DNA of 64,000 nucleotides from Tubiluchus corallicola (GCA_030141605.1 JAQGDQ010000543.1:1-64000), one strand, 5' to 3'. Numbered from the stretch's first letter, positions 25,571 to 39,250 are shown. Translations and numbers: made by a program. The notes: generated by a model from the sequence alone, not told the origin.

Positions 25571-27168
25571 ATCACTCCTAACAACAACGGACTATTATAT
25601 TTTCTGCTTAGGTCGCTCCTAACAACAATGGACTATTGTATTTTTTGCTTAGATCGCTCCTAACAACAATGGACTATCGTATTTTCTGCTTAGATCGCTC
25701 CTAACAATAATGAACTATCGCATTTTTTGCTTAGATCTCTCCTAACAACAACGGACTATTGTATTTTCTGCTTAGATCGCTCCTAACAACAATGGACTAT
25801 CGTATTTTCTGCTTAGATCGCTCCTAACAACAATGGACTATCGTATTTTTTGCTTAGATCACTCCTAACAACAATGGACTATCGTATTTTTTGCTTAGAT
25901 CACTCCTAACAACAATGGACTATTGTATATTTTGCTTAGGTCGCTCCCAACAACAATGGACTATTGTATTTTTTGCTTAGGTCGCTCCTAACAACAATGG
26001 ACTATCATATTTTTTGCTTAGATCACTCCTAACAAAATGGACTATTGTATTTTTTGCTTAGGTCACTCCTAACAACAATGGACTGTTATATTTTCTGCTT
26101 AGATCACTTCTAACAACAATGGACTACAGTGGCCGCCGCTTATTATGGACACGGTTATTGTGGACAGCCGGTTATTGTGGACAACTCGCGAGGGACGGAA
26201 TTTTCCCCTAATAAAATCCGCCGGTTAATATGGACAACCGCCGCTTAATATGGACAGCGAACATTCTTGGCACGTGAACCAGCCGTGCCAACCACGGCCT
26301 GCGCGCGTGATTGAAAAGAGCTACCCGTTCTGCTGCCTGTGTGAGTCATTGCATCAGTCAGTTCGCCGTTTGCCGTGGCCTTGAGAGCTTCGAAACTGTG
26401 ATAACTTCCTTCCGTTCAAGGTTGAGAGAAAAGTTTCCTGCCAAACAAACTCGTCTGACTTCTTTTTTTCAATAAAACAGGAGACGAGTTGATACAGACA
26501 GTTTTTTGCCTTTTTTAATGAAGGGGAAGGGTCTTCATGGGTCACTTCGCTTAATATGGACAGCCGCTTAATATGGACATACACTGCTGGCCCGAGGTGT
26601 CCACAATAAGCGGCGGCCACTGTATTATATTTTCTCCTTAAATCACCCCTAACAACAATGGACTATTATATTTTCTGCTTAGATCACCCCTAACAACAAT
26701 GGACTGTTATAATTTCTCCTTAGATCACTCCTAACAACAATGGAGTATTATATTTTTTGCTTAGATCACTCCTAACAACAATGGAGTATTATATTTTTTG
26801 CTTAGATCACTCCTAACAGCAATGGACTTTATTTTTTGCTTAGGTCGCTCCTAACAACAATGGACTATCGTATTTTTGCTTAGATCACTCCCAACAACAA
26901 TGGACTATTATATTTTTTGCTTAGATCACTCCTAACGACAATGGACTATTGTATTTTTTGCTTAGATCGCCCTAACAACAATAGATTATTATATTTTTTG
27001 CTTAGATCACCCCTAACAACAACAGACTATTGTATTTTTCGCTTAGATTACTCCTAACATTAATAGGTTGTATTTTTCACTTAACTCACTCCCAATAATA
27101 CTGTGTTATTGTATTTTTTCACTTGGATCACTCTTAATAATACTGGTATATTATATTTTCGCATTTAG
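25571..27168 (+). repeat. 41-bp minisatellite, ~27 units, made of acceptor plus the first ~20 nt of the downstream exon; interrupted by a MITE
   Basis: Unit ATCACTCCTAACAACAATGGACTATTGTATTTTTTGCTTAG; the real exon begins ATCACTCCTAACAATAACGG. Confidence 0.95.
26127..26622. mobile_element. Tc1/mariner-pogo-type MITE
   Basis: TA|CAGTGGCCGCCGCTTATTATGGACAC...GTGTCCACAATAAGCGGCGGCCACTG|TA. Confidence 0.92.
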
Positions 27169-27375
27169 ATCACTCCTAACAATAACGGGTCATCGATCAT
27201 CACTCTGGTGGACCGCAGTCGAATCCGGGAGACCGTGAGCAGGTTGCTGCAGACCGTGATGGACCACAAGGAGAGCACGATGCAGCTGACGTTGTTGAAG
27301 AACACTTACCAGAAGCTGTTCGGGGAATCTCCCTCCAACGCCGTCATCTACACGGAGATGCAGGATTACATCAAG
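27169..27375 (+). CDS. MARF1: MARF1 exon
   Basis: ITPNNNGSSIITLVDRSRIRETVSRLLQTVMDHKESTMQLTLLKNTYQKLFGE...QDYIK|gtatgg. Confidence 0.85.
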
Positions 27376-27484
27376 GTATGGAAGATGGTGGAAGAGATGA
27401 TTCAACAAGAGTTAAAGACGGATATTAGTCACTGCGAGTGATCTGAGGAATTAGTGGTCTAAAACTAGTTAATGACTGTAATGA

Positions 27485-27870
27485 ACTGAATAGAATAGAA
27501 TGGAATGGAATGGAATGGAATGGCTTAGAATGGAATAGAATAGAATAGAATAGAATAGAATAGAATAGAATAGAATAGAATAGAATAGAATAGAATAGAA
27601 TAGAATAGAATAGAATAGAATAGAATAGAATAGAATAGAATAGAATAGAATTGAATTGAATTGAATAGAACAGACTAGAATAGAACAGAACAGAATGGAA
27701 TGTAAAGTAGTGGAATAAAACAGAATAGAACAGGATAGAAAAGAATAGAACAGAACGGAATGGAATGAAATGGAATAGAATAGAATAGGCAGAACATAAT
27801 GTAACATAACGGAATGGGACCTAACATAACGTAACTAACGTAACGTAACAGAGTTGAATGGAATGGAACA
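27485..27870 (+). repeat. (GAATA)n-based complex microsatellite
   Basis: Direct inspection. Confidence 0.92.
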
Positions 27871-28259
27871 AAACCGAACAGAGGGGAGGGGAGGGGAGGA
27901 TAGAAATTTAATTTATTTCTTGAATACATAAAAGCATGATACATTCACGTTATTTCCTCTATGGGGCATGTGTTAGTTTCAAAGTGAACTTACAAAAATA
28001 AAAATGCCGCAAATTATACAGTAAACTATATTATATAGTACAGTAAACTAAGACTAAGTAGAAATGAAATAAAAGTGCAATTAAAGTGATTAATCGTAGC
28101 GTAATCATTTACTAATATGACAAACGACTAATCGTCCATTAAGAAAGCGAAAACGGAACAAAATGGTCGAAAGTCCTCATTCTTGAATGTCCTGAATGAA
28201 AAACTTTTCGCCAGTGGTGGTTATTATTGCATATAATGAATTCTCTCATCGTAGTTTAA

Positions 28260-28912
28260 CTCATTTTGTAAGGGTTCATGAAAAGCTGCTCTCACTAAGC
28301 AGTGATTACGTTATATTTGATAATTTTTGTAGGTTTCTACTCCTCACACAATGGATTTTCATGCAAAATGATGTATAAAATCCATCTGCTTGCCTTAGGC
28401 AAATTAAAAATCGATTTTTGACAGATAAATTGAACAAAACTTTCACTAACTGCAGTGTTTGCACTGTAACAATGTACAGTATCACTTGTGTGAAATTGGC
28501 TAATTCAGAAAATCTCAACTATCCAGACACAACACTCTGATAAACTTTGACCTCAAGTCTACTCCATTTTTAAGATGAAATTCCTGTTAAAAGATGAAAC
28601 GACGTTGGTTTTTCCTGCAACTCAGTTCTCTTGGACTGTAGCAAGCAAGCGATCAATAAATTAGTGTGTACGATCACGCAAGTGTAAACCAGACTAAGCT
28701 ACTCGATAAGCTAAGTTGGACTGCCTGAATTTTTCTTAATTTTATCCAATTAAATCGCATATAAATATTTAAACAAATAGCCTGCTTGGATAGCCAAGAT
28801 TCTCCTGAATAGAACAGTACCTAATTTGTAATCATTTAGTTGTGTCTGTGCTCGTACAGTAGCAGAAAAGTCACAGGTCTTATAAGACCTATTTTGAATG
28901 GTGCGGTCCTGA
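28260..28912 (+). mobile_element. Copy of the 17030-17737 element
   Basis: Collinear similarity, ends GAATGGTGCGGTCCT. Confidence 0.75.
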
Positions 28913-29307
28913 AGGAGTTAATCAAGTCTGCCACGTTTCTGCCTACAGCGAGTTTAATTACTCATGGAATGTATCATTAACCGATTAGTGCAAATGAGGC
29001 TTTTGCCAAAACTAAAAAAGAAATGCTCGTTCATATTTTTTGCACGATTTTTTTCAGCTTCTAATAATTGCCAAAGGTCTGAGATTAAGTTAGCATTACT
29101 GGAGTTTTAAAATATATTTCATCCAATCTTTGCTATTAGTTTTGCCTGGTAGTATTATGGGAATGGGTACGGCATTTTCCAAAATTTCTAACTCCCTTTT
29201 CTCCGTTACTTAAACTTCAAGTTGTATTGAATTTCCGGAGTTAAATCATCATGTTGATATGTTTTTCGGTTCCTGCTTCGCTTTGGTCATCGTTTAATCT
29301 TTTCCAG

Positions 29308-29569
29308 GTGGAGAACGGTATAGTCGAGCTGCATCCGCTGCAGCAGTTTGGCGCAAAGATCCGCCTGCTGCTCCGCGTGCACCACGGAAAGATCGCCTTC
29401 AATCAGATAGAACCCGCTTATCTAGAGCAGTTTGGATGCGCATGCAAACCGGCCGAATACGGCTTCCCGAGTTTGGCGGCCATCTTGAATGCCTTGCCCC
29501 ATCTGGTGGCTGTGAAGGGCAAGGGATTCAAACGTGTGGTGTATCTCAATTCCAGATACGGAGGATTGT
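29308..29569 (+). CDS. MARF1: MARF1 exon (last LOTUS)
   Basis: ccag|VENGIVELHPLQQFGAKIRLLL...YGFPSLAAILNALPHLVAVKGKGFKRVVYLNSRYGGL|gtaagt. Confidence 0.92.
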
Positions 29570-29687
29570 GTAAGTAGCGAAGCAACGAGCGACGAACACT
29601 AATGTAGTAATTTAATGTAGTAAGTAAGCAGTAATATTTTAGTAGGTAGATATGCAAGTATCTACGTAAGTAAATATTTAATGTAAG

Positions 29688-30130
29688 CATTTCTAGAATG
29701 CGACAATAAGCCTTTTCACTATTCCAGCGATTGATGATGATCGTGAAAAGGTGAAAGGTCAAGTATGATGTTTTAACCTACAAAAGTTGAAGACATGCAT
29801 TTCTAGAATGCAACAATAAGCCTTTTCACTGTTCCAGCGATTGATGATGATCGTGAAAAGGTCAAAGGTCAAGTATTGTGTTTTAACCTACAAAAGTTGG
29901 AGACATGCATTTCTAGAATGCGACAATAAGCCTTTTCACTGTTCCAGCGATTGATGATGATCGTGAAAAGGTCAAAGGTCAAGCGTGATGTTTTAACCTA
30001 CAAAAGTTGAAGACATGCACTTCTAGAATTCAACAATAAGCTTTTTCATTGTTCCAGTGATTGATGATGATCATGAAAAGGTCAAAGGTCAAAGGTCAAG
30101 TATGGTGTTCTAGCCTACAAAAGTTGAAGA
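29688..30130 (+). repeat. 110-bp tandem repeat x4 built on the terminus of the 9358 element family
   Basis: AATAAGCCTTTTCAC..TTCCAGCGATTGATGATGATCGTGAAAAGGTCAAAGGT shared with 9358-9412. Confidence 0.85.
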
Positions 30131-30402
30131 GTGATGTTTTATGCTTAGTGTAACACTCCAGTCTGAGCCAAAAAGTGTTGTGAGCTTGAGGCTCCACCTT
30201 TAGCCACAATCGCATACTAATAATTGAAAACACATGTCAAGTTTTAATGCTTAATTACAAGTAACGATAATTACTGAAATCTTTCATAATTATTTCAAAG
30301 TTAATGGTTTCTTTAAAGTCAACTTTTATAGCATCACCAAATTATTTGGTCTCACTATTATGTATTCGCATTAAGAGAGGACCTACTGTACTTTTAAACT
30401 CT

Positions 30403-31188
<786 letters not shown>

Positions 31189-31274
31189 TGTGCTGTTGTT
31201 GCAATGCACTTTACTGTCGGTACTGTTAAAGCATTGCCGTACGTTGCACCGCCGACTCTATTTTCCGTTTGCAG

Positions 31275-31379
31275 GTTACTTGCCGTCTTGCCAGCTTGAT
31301 GCGGGCCGGAGCGAGGGCGGGCCAGAGATGGAGTTGAGGGTCAGCCCGATAGGCAATAGCGAAGCCAGAGAAGAGAGAG
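31275..31379 (+). CDS. MARF1: MARF1 exon (disordered C-terminal region)
   Basis: ttgcag|YLPSCQLDAGRSEGGPEMELRVSPIGNSEAREER|gtgaag; phase 1/1, GC-rich. Confidence 0.7.
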
Positions 31380-32020
31380 GTGAAGTTTCGCTTTTTGAAC
31401 GTTTTTCTTACAAAATGTCTGACGGTTCTCAGTGAATTATGTCTAGCGTAGTGATGTTTAGAGCACAAGAGAACGAGGTTCATAAATAGAGCTGAAAAAA
31501 TTCGTCTCCAAAATTTTGTTTCGCCTATATGCTGTCTTATTGCACACAAGGCTTGCGTCGGCAGTAACGCTGTATAAAAGTTGAAAATTTAAGCTCCTGC
31601 GATGACCGTTATGTGCAGCCATTTTGATGGTAAATCATTTGAAACAAGTTTAGATAACATTAAGTAAAGTTTGAAGAAATAATCAAAGCATTCATAGCGC
31701 ACAAGTCACTAACTAAATAAAATTTTAATTCACTGTATCTTGTTAATAAGGTTAAAAATATAGATAATATATAAAATGTAAAATATTTAAAAATATGAAA
31801 ATAAGATTAAATAATAAGATTAAGATCTTTTGGTTAGTGAGTGGTGCACCCTGGAGGGTGAAAAAATGACATTTTACCAATTGGTGAAAACATTTGAAAC
31901 GATGAATAATATTATTTCTAATTACATAAGTCTTTCCAGCAGGTAAGCGAAATGCTAAGTAACATAATTTTGCATGGAATTTTTTTTAGAGCATAATTTA
32001 ACAGTCCTTTTCTTCCCCTG

Positions 32021-32365
32021 ATTTAAGGTCTCTTTTTGCTGTCTAGTAGTTGAACTTTGTTTCCGCTGTTACGCTCCCCCTTTAAGGTCTCTTTTTGCTG
32101 TCTAGTAGTTGAACTTTGTCTCCGCTGTTACGCTCCCCCTTTAAGGTCTCTTTTTGCTGTCTAGTAGTTGAACTTTGTTTCCGCTGTTACGCTCCCCTTT
32201 AAGGTCTCTTTTTGCTGTCTAGTAGTTGAACTTTGTTTCATCTGTTACGCTCCCCCTTTAAGGTCTCTTAGTGCTGTCTAGTAGTTGAACTTTGTTTCCG
32301 CTGTCACGCTCCCCCTTTCAGGTCTCTTTTTGCTGTCTAATAATTGAACTTTGTCTCCGCTGTTA
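32021..32365 (+). repeat. ~59-bp minisatellite x6
   Basis: TTTAAGGTCTCTTTTTGCTGTCTAGTAGTTGAACTTTGTTTCCGCTGTTACGCTCCCCC. Confidence 0.9.
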
Positions 32366-32454
32366 TGTAGAATTCATCAAGCAGCGATCTCACGTTTGCA
32401 TTTATTCCACGATCCAAATTTTTCTTCATCTGTTAATCTGTTTCTTATTAGCAG

Positions 32455-32634
32455 GTGACGGGGACAACCTGTTGAGGTTTTCGCCGCCCGACTTGATCGA
32501 CACGGCCGTACCGTCCAACGTTCCGAGTCCGGAGCTCTGTCCGGAACTCGCCAAGGCAGCCGAGGCACTCGCCGCGCAGCAGAAGCAAAAGCAGCAGGCG
32601 CTGATTCAGTTGGAAACGCCTACGCCAATGAAAG
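32455..32634 (+). CDS. MARF1: MARF1 exon (alternative start 32452, NAGNAG)
   Basis: tagcag|DGDNLLRFSPPDLIDTAVPSNVPSPELCPE...LIQLETPTPMK|gtgggt. Confidence 0.82.
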
Positions 32635-32777
32635 GTGGGTGCGAGGAGCGTCGTGCAAATTATACATTTGTCTTTAATTAGCACCAGATGGAGCCGTTCA
32701 TGCAGTTTATTTCTATTTTGAGCGCATTCCTGAAGGATGTGTTCCTATTGTTACGAGTTTTCTTAGTTTAGCGCTTA

Positions 32778-32975
32778 CCAGACGGTTTAGTCGTAGTGGT
32801 AATGCGTCTGCTTTGCATCTGGGCGGTCGTGAGTTCGATACAGCGGCCGGGTTGTACCAAAGGGATGAAATTGGACCTGCTGTTGGCCTGCCTGGCGCTT
32901 GGTATTTTGGATAAAAGTGCGGTAATAATGTAGTTATTATGTATTAGGTTGTCTGTTTTGCAATTATTATTATTA
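32778..32975 (+). mobile_element. tRNA-derived SINE, second copy
   Basis: GGTTTAGTCGTAGTGGTAATGCGTCTGC...GTGAGTTCGATAC; similar to 17822. Confidence 0.75.
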
Positions 32976-33930
32976 CAGTAGGCGCCGCTTAGTAGACTCA
33001 CGCTTAATAGACTCATTCGCTTAATTGACTCAAAAACGCTTGGTGCGGGCCGCTCCTATTCACATGCACGTAAAACTCTCGGTAATTGACTCAAATCATT
33101 GTTAATAGACTCAGTCGCTTAATTGACTCAAAAACGCTTGGTACAGGTCGCTTATTCACATGTACATAAAACTCTCGGTAATTGACTTAAATCACGGTTA
33201 ATAGACTCATTCGCTTAATTGACTCAAAAACGCTTGGTACGGGCCTCTCCTATTCACATGCACGTAAAACTCTCGGTAATTGACTCAAATCATGGTTAAT
33301 AGACTCATTCGCTTAATTGACTCAAAAACCCGCCTCTCTTATTCACATGCACGTAAAACTCTCGGTAATTGACTCAAATCATGGTTAATAGACTCAGTCG
33401 CTTAATTGACTCAAAAACACTTGGTATGGGCCGCACCTATTCACATGTACATAAAAACTCTCGGTAATTGACTCAAATCACGGTTAATAGACTCATTCGC
33501 TTAATTGACTCAAAAACACTTGGTGCGGGCCGCTCCTATTCACATGTACATAAAAACTCTCGGTAATTGACTCAAATCACGGTTAATAGACTCAGTTGCT
33601 TAATTGACTCAAAAACGCTTGGTACAGGCCGCTTATTCACATGTATGTAAAACTCTCGGTAATTGACTCAAATCACAGTTAATAGACTCAGTCGCTTAAT
33701 TGACTCAAAAACGCTTGGTACGGGCCTCTCCTATTCACATGTACATAAAAACTCTCGGTAATTGACTCAAATCATTGTTAATAGACTCAGTCGCTTAATT
33801 GACTCAAAAACACTTGGTGCGGGCCGCACCTATTCACATGTACATAAAAACTCTCGGTAAATGACTCAAATCACGGTTAATAGACTCAGTTGCTTAATTG
33901 ACTCAAAAACGCTTGGTACAGGCCGCTTAT
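32976..33930 (+). mobile_element. Tc1/pogo-like MITE end whose ~97-bp subterminal segment is amplified ~9.5 times
   Basis: TA|CAGTAGGCGCCGCTTAGTAGACTCA matches the TIR of the complete element 55227-56006. Confidence 0.8.
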
Positions 33931-34018
33931 TCCATATTAACTGCATCATTTTAACGTGGAATAGTAACCACACAACTCGGTGGATGCTTAACGTGCGAAT
34001 TACCATTTTCCTTTTCAG

Positions 34019-34407
34019 ACAAAGTCGTCTACGTGAGCGACTTAGAGAGAACAGTTCTACACACTCCGCCACCGACACCCAAAAATGGAAAGCAGCCCAG
34101 ATCGGGTTACGAAGGCGCCGTCGTCGGAGATTCCTTCCATCGCACGCCCGGAGTGGGCGCCGAACGCTTGCATCTCGGCTCCGCCGCCCAGCTGAATCCG
34201 TACGCCTCCGCTCTGTCGAGTCTCTGCATCACTCCGTCGTCGCCTAGCAACAGTTCCGTCACGCACGGCGAAGCGAGCGACACTAGCCTGACCATGTCGC
34301 CTCTCCGCTGCGCGGGGTCGCCGCAGTGCTCCCCGCGGCGGAGGACGCGACTTGCCGCTAATTTTGAAACGCCGGGAAGAGAGGAGGCGGAAGCGCCCGA
34401 GGCTTAG
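34019..34407 (+). CDS. MARF1: MARF1 last coding exon
   Basis: ttcag|KVVYVSDLERTV...SPRRRTRLAANFETPGREEAEAPEA*; C-terminal LAANF motif conserved in MARF1. Confidence 0.88.
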
Positions 34408-34614
34408 CGGCCCCGGTTGCTCTTTTTAAACTTGTTTGTGTTAACGAACACACGCTTCAGCCGTAGCTGTGCTAGTGTCAAGTACAGGCTAGTAATGAAT
34501 ATAGTCGTCTTAGACTATTCTGTATCTTTTTACTTATATCTAAGTTTGCATGCTGTTGTTTACTATAAATATACTAATTAGTTAATAATTATATTATAAT
34601 TTGTCTGCTTTCGT

Positions 34615-35362
34615 AGCAAAATCGTCCGTAAGTCGGCAGTTAAGCTTTTCTAGTTATTCACATATTCTGAATCGCCATTTCATGAGGATCATTTTGATAC
34701 CAAGTTCATCGCTCTGTGTTATTTCTAAGCTGAGATAATCCACGTTGAAGTTGAGATGCAGGCTTCGCACTGGAAAACATAATCTTGAGAAAGTCACTGT
34801 TAAAGTTAGCCATTGTTCTAGTTATTCACACATCCTAAGTCTCCATTTCATGAGGATCATTTTGATACCAAGTTCATCGCTCTGTGTTATTTCTAAGCTG
34901 AGATAATCCACGTTGAAGTTGAGGTGCAGGCTACGCACTGGAAAACATGACCTTGAGAAAATCACTGTTAAAGTCAGCCATTGTTTTTTGTCACGTTTCT
35001 ACAAAACACTTAGCAACCGTACAAATGTTGGTTGCTATGGACTTTGCAAGAATTCATTGAAGTTATGTTTGAATCCAGTAGATGGCTCTTCCTGACAAAG
35101 ATCTGGGCTTTGCGACAGAAAGAACCCGAAGCAAAATGGCTGCTTCCACAAGTCACTGTTGAACTAGTTTCTAGACAGAAAAGTTGGTACGGGTTCATAA
35201 AATTAAATTTTTGGTCTTTTTGAACAATTTCTTGATGCTAGAATATAAAAGTTTGTTTTTACAAAATGCGAAAAATTAACATTTGACCAAATTTTCAGTG
35301 CATTCTACTTTGAAGCATCGTAAACGCAGTTTTAACTGTGCCGACTTGTGGACGATTTTGGT
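34615..35362. mobile_element. TIR element just downstream of the MARF1 stop codon (possibly in the 3' UTR)
   Basis: CAAAATCGTCCGTAAGTCGGCA ... TGCCGACTTGTGGACGATTTTG inverted ends; relatives at 18640, 44660 and 61360. Confidence 0.8.
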
Positions 35363-36564
35363 TTGGACACATTTATCCCTTGCTGCAGAATGCCCGGGGC
35401 GGGCCTCTTTTTCGTAGCGGTTTTGCACACGGTCACGCGCTTGATCGAATCTTTGTTCGTTTTAAATATATTCTATTTTTGTATGCGATATCTGGGGGTG
35501 CGTTTGAATTTAAGTCTGTCTAGAATTAATCTCTCCTTTTGCGACTTAATTATCTTCGCGTCCTGGCCGTCTAACGATGTTCGTGTGTTTTTTGTCTGAC
35601 AAAAGTAGCGTTCATTTTGTTGTAAAGTCTTCCATCGGTCTGACAATTGTAAGTTGGTCACAGTTTGTGACACCCACTTTTTACACATGCTAATTTGTAA
35701 CACCCACTTTTTACACATGCTAATTTGTAGCACGCCCGGATTAGAATTTACATGTCTGTCTGCGAAGTATATCTGGATGAAGTAAGATTGCTGCTTAGCG
35801 CACGGCTGGGGAATGAATGGGAATAGGGCAGGATCAGCAGGAGGAAACGTAATAATAATCGGGGGGGCGTAGCCAGGTTCTAAAGTTGAGGGGAGCAAGC
35901 ACGCGAAAAAAGGTGTCATGTACACGTGAAACAATTATATATTATTTGTCTATGATACTGTCTATGACAGTATCGGCGTGTGACAAGAATGTATTATAAT
36001 AATAAGATTTGGGACAATTTGGTCCTTGGTTCAATCAGTCAACCTTGACAAAGGAGTTGGGTAAATGCACTTTAATTTCAAAAACATGGGAGGCAATTTG
36101 GTCAAACAAAGTAACGACTCCATTATTGAACAGGTGCCAATATTGAAACAATGTGCTTGCGGAGGGTTGCTCCCCGCTGCTCCCCCCCCCATTAGCTACG
36201 CCACTGATAATCTCAAACAAAAGTGTGTGGTCCATCAAGAGGTCAAGCTGCACGTGGTCAAGCGACTTCGCCAGGTGCCGCTTTTCCTCGAATTCCGTGG
36301 CGCCGTTTTTTTTATCGGTACACACGGTTGTGTACCTACAAACCTATACCGGGTACAAAACAAAACTTTTGTACTTAACGATAGTTTTGGCGCACCGGAA
36401 TTTCCGACTTCTACGAAAAATGTAGACAGTCGGGTGATGTATCACACATGCACACCAATATACACAAATATATGCGCACTCATCACACACACACATGCAT
36501 ACAGCAAGCGTGCACACCTGCTAGGTGAGGTTTTTGTTGCGTAACTGAAAAGCAGTTAAGAGAA

Positions 36565-37385
36565 AGGATTCGATATGCGTAATCTGCGTTAGTTCACAGA
36601 GTTGTCACCAGGGTGCTACGAATTGCTTACCATTGCGATTTGGCATTGTAATTGTTAGTATATATTGTAAATTGGACAGTGAAAATGTGGTCAACTGTGT
36701 AGCTCTCTGCTGTGACTACATGGATTCGATATGCGTAAATCGCGATAGTTCATAAAGTTGTCACCAGGGTGCTACGAATGGCTTATCGTTGTGATTTGGC
36801 ATTGTAATTGTTAGTATATATTTTGTATTGGACAGTGAAAATGTGGTCAACTGTGTAGCTCTCTGCTGTGACTAAATGGTTTTGATATGTTTAATCCGAG
36901 TTAGTTCACAGAGTTGTCACCAGGGTGCTATGAATGGTTTATCGTTGCGATTTGGCATTGTAATTGTTAGTATATATTGTAAATTGGACAGTGAAAATGT
37001 CGTCGACTGTGTGGCTCTCTATTGTAACTATCCGTGTTAGTTCATAACGTTGTCACCAGGGTGCTACGAATGGCTTATCATTGCGAGTTGGCATTGTAAT
37101 TGTTAGTATATATTTTGAATTGGACAGTGAAAATGTGGTCAACTGTGTAGCTCTCTGCTGTGACTAAATGGTTTTGATATGTGTAATCCGTGTTAGTTCA
37201 GAGAGTTGTCACCAGGGTGCGACGAATGGCTTATCGTTGCGATTTGGCATTGTAATTGTTAGTATATATTGTAAATTGGACAGTGAAAATGTGGTCAACT
37301 GTGTAGCTCCCTGCTGTGACTAAATGGTTTTCATATGTGTAATCTGCGTTAGTTCACAGAGTTGTCACCAGGGTGCTACGAATGC
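36565..37385 (+). repeat. ~156-bp tandem repeat x5
   Basis: GTTCACAGAGTTGTCACCAGGGTGCTACGAAT recurs. Confidence 0.9.
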
Positions 37386-39250
37386 TAGCTGTCTGACGAC
37401 AATTTGCAATAAGCTAACCGCAGAATGTATTTAAATTTAAGCCGCTCGGCTGAAATATTTATTTTTTCTTTTATAATCGAAGTGAGGTCAAAGGTCACGT
37501 AGTAAAATTGCAAGCCTTTGTTTACAGTACGTATGTTACTATGTTAGATGTTACTATGTAGTTCAAACATTTGTTTACGAAGCAAAATGTGATTTAAAGA
37601 GTGATTATAGTATTCTTATGTAACGTGTTGTTGAAATTTGTACGATTACTTTGTTGACAGATTTTGGATATGTGAGGCGAGGGTTCAAATCCACTTTATT
37701 TGCTGTAATTTTTCAAAATTAACCCGTCTTTTTTTGCAGTGACTCTTACTAACTAAACTTGATTTTTTTTACCTAAATAAAATGGCATATGAGGAGACTG
37801 TTAAGTATTTGTCTTTGTATGTGTTGTTGCACTGCACGGCAAGTATCCAAAAAACGTTCGAACATTCGAGAACGGAGCGTTCGAACACTAGGTGTGAGAA
37901 TCAAACGTGTGAGTAAATAAAATAATAAATTGTAATAAATTATTGTAATAAAAGTGTTACAAAATAAAATAAAATTCTGGAAATTCTCTACCAGGAAGCG
38001 AATTCGAATAGAATCGAATTTGTGACTTTCGAATTTCGGTATTTTGAATCCGAATTGAGTTTGAAAAATGTTCGAACCACTAGTAAAAAGTGGTCTTACA
38101 AAGATCATGCATGATTTTGTTGTGCAGTAAAACCGCTATTAATTTGTTAAAAATTTTGGACAGAAATTACAGCTAAATTGCGCTAATTGCATGCTATTTC
38201 AAACATTTTAATACTTTTATTAAAAATTTCAAGATCTCTTTAATCAGTGCAGATGTTATTAATTAGACACTTCAAATGTGCACCCAAGTACCATAAAAAA
38301 TACCAGTGGCAACAATTGCCAGAGGTGAACTGGGCAGTTGGCACGATTATGCCTTTACAGGAAGACGGGGTGATTTTTCACATACTACCCCATCCGACAA
38401 AAAGTATACATTTCAACACAATTAATACTGCAAAAGCATTCCTGATGATTAAATAATAAATTAGAAACTTGATTAACGGCAGGCGAGCCCAACTGTTGAT
38501 GACGTCACAAACTAACATAATTTTCAACAGCAAAAATATTCCACAAGAGTTTTGCACGTGTTTGTGAAAGCGAAAATTGAAGTACAGTGCTGCTGTAAGA
38601 TATTCAATGTGTTGTACTAAAACTAGGCAAGTTTTAAGATAAACATTCAAATTTCAAGTTTATCGCTGTGCTCATGCAAGAGCTCTCAAATGTGTGTAGT
38701 TCATCACAAACCAACACATCTGAACTGAGATGTACAGCACCCGTTTTTTGTGCAATGCATTTCCAAATGCAGGCGCTAGTGTCCGTCTATCTAGCGAATG
38801 GCGCAATGCATGTAACAGCAAAGAACTAGTGGCGCGAACGTGAAATTGTATTTGCGTCGTAATAATTCTTTCACGCAAGTCATTTTTGAAAAAATGGTAT
38901 GTTTCCTTTCAATATTTTCTTAAAGAGTACATTGTTTTGACTTACAGTTTAAGATTAGGTTCGGTTTTTTAAGCAAATGTAAAAAAAAATCGAATACATT
39001 CATTAATATAGAAAAATCTCATGTTTCACAAATATATTAAACGTTAGAAGACATGTATATATACATTAATCTTACATTATTATTTCACAGAGGTGGGCAA
39101 AACACCGGACTAGTATTTAGTTTCCTACGGTTAAACTTTGCCGACGTTTCGCACAGGAACTAAAAAACGGATCTAATTTAGAACACTTTCGAAGAACAAG
39201 AACTCAAATTAGCGACAGATTTACACAGCAAAAGAAACACAAACAGTCTG

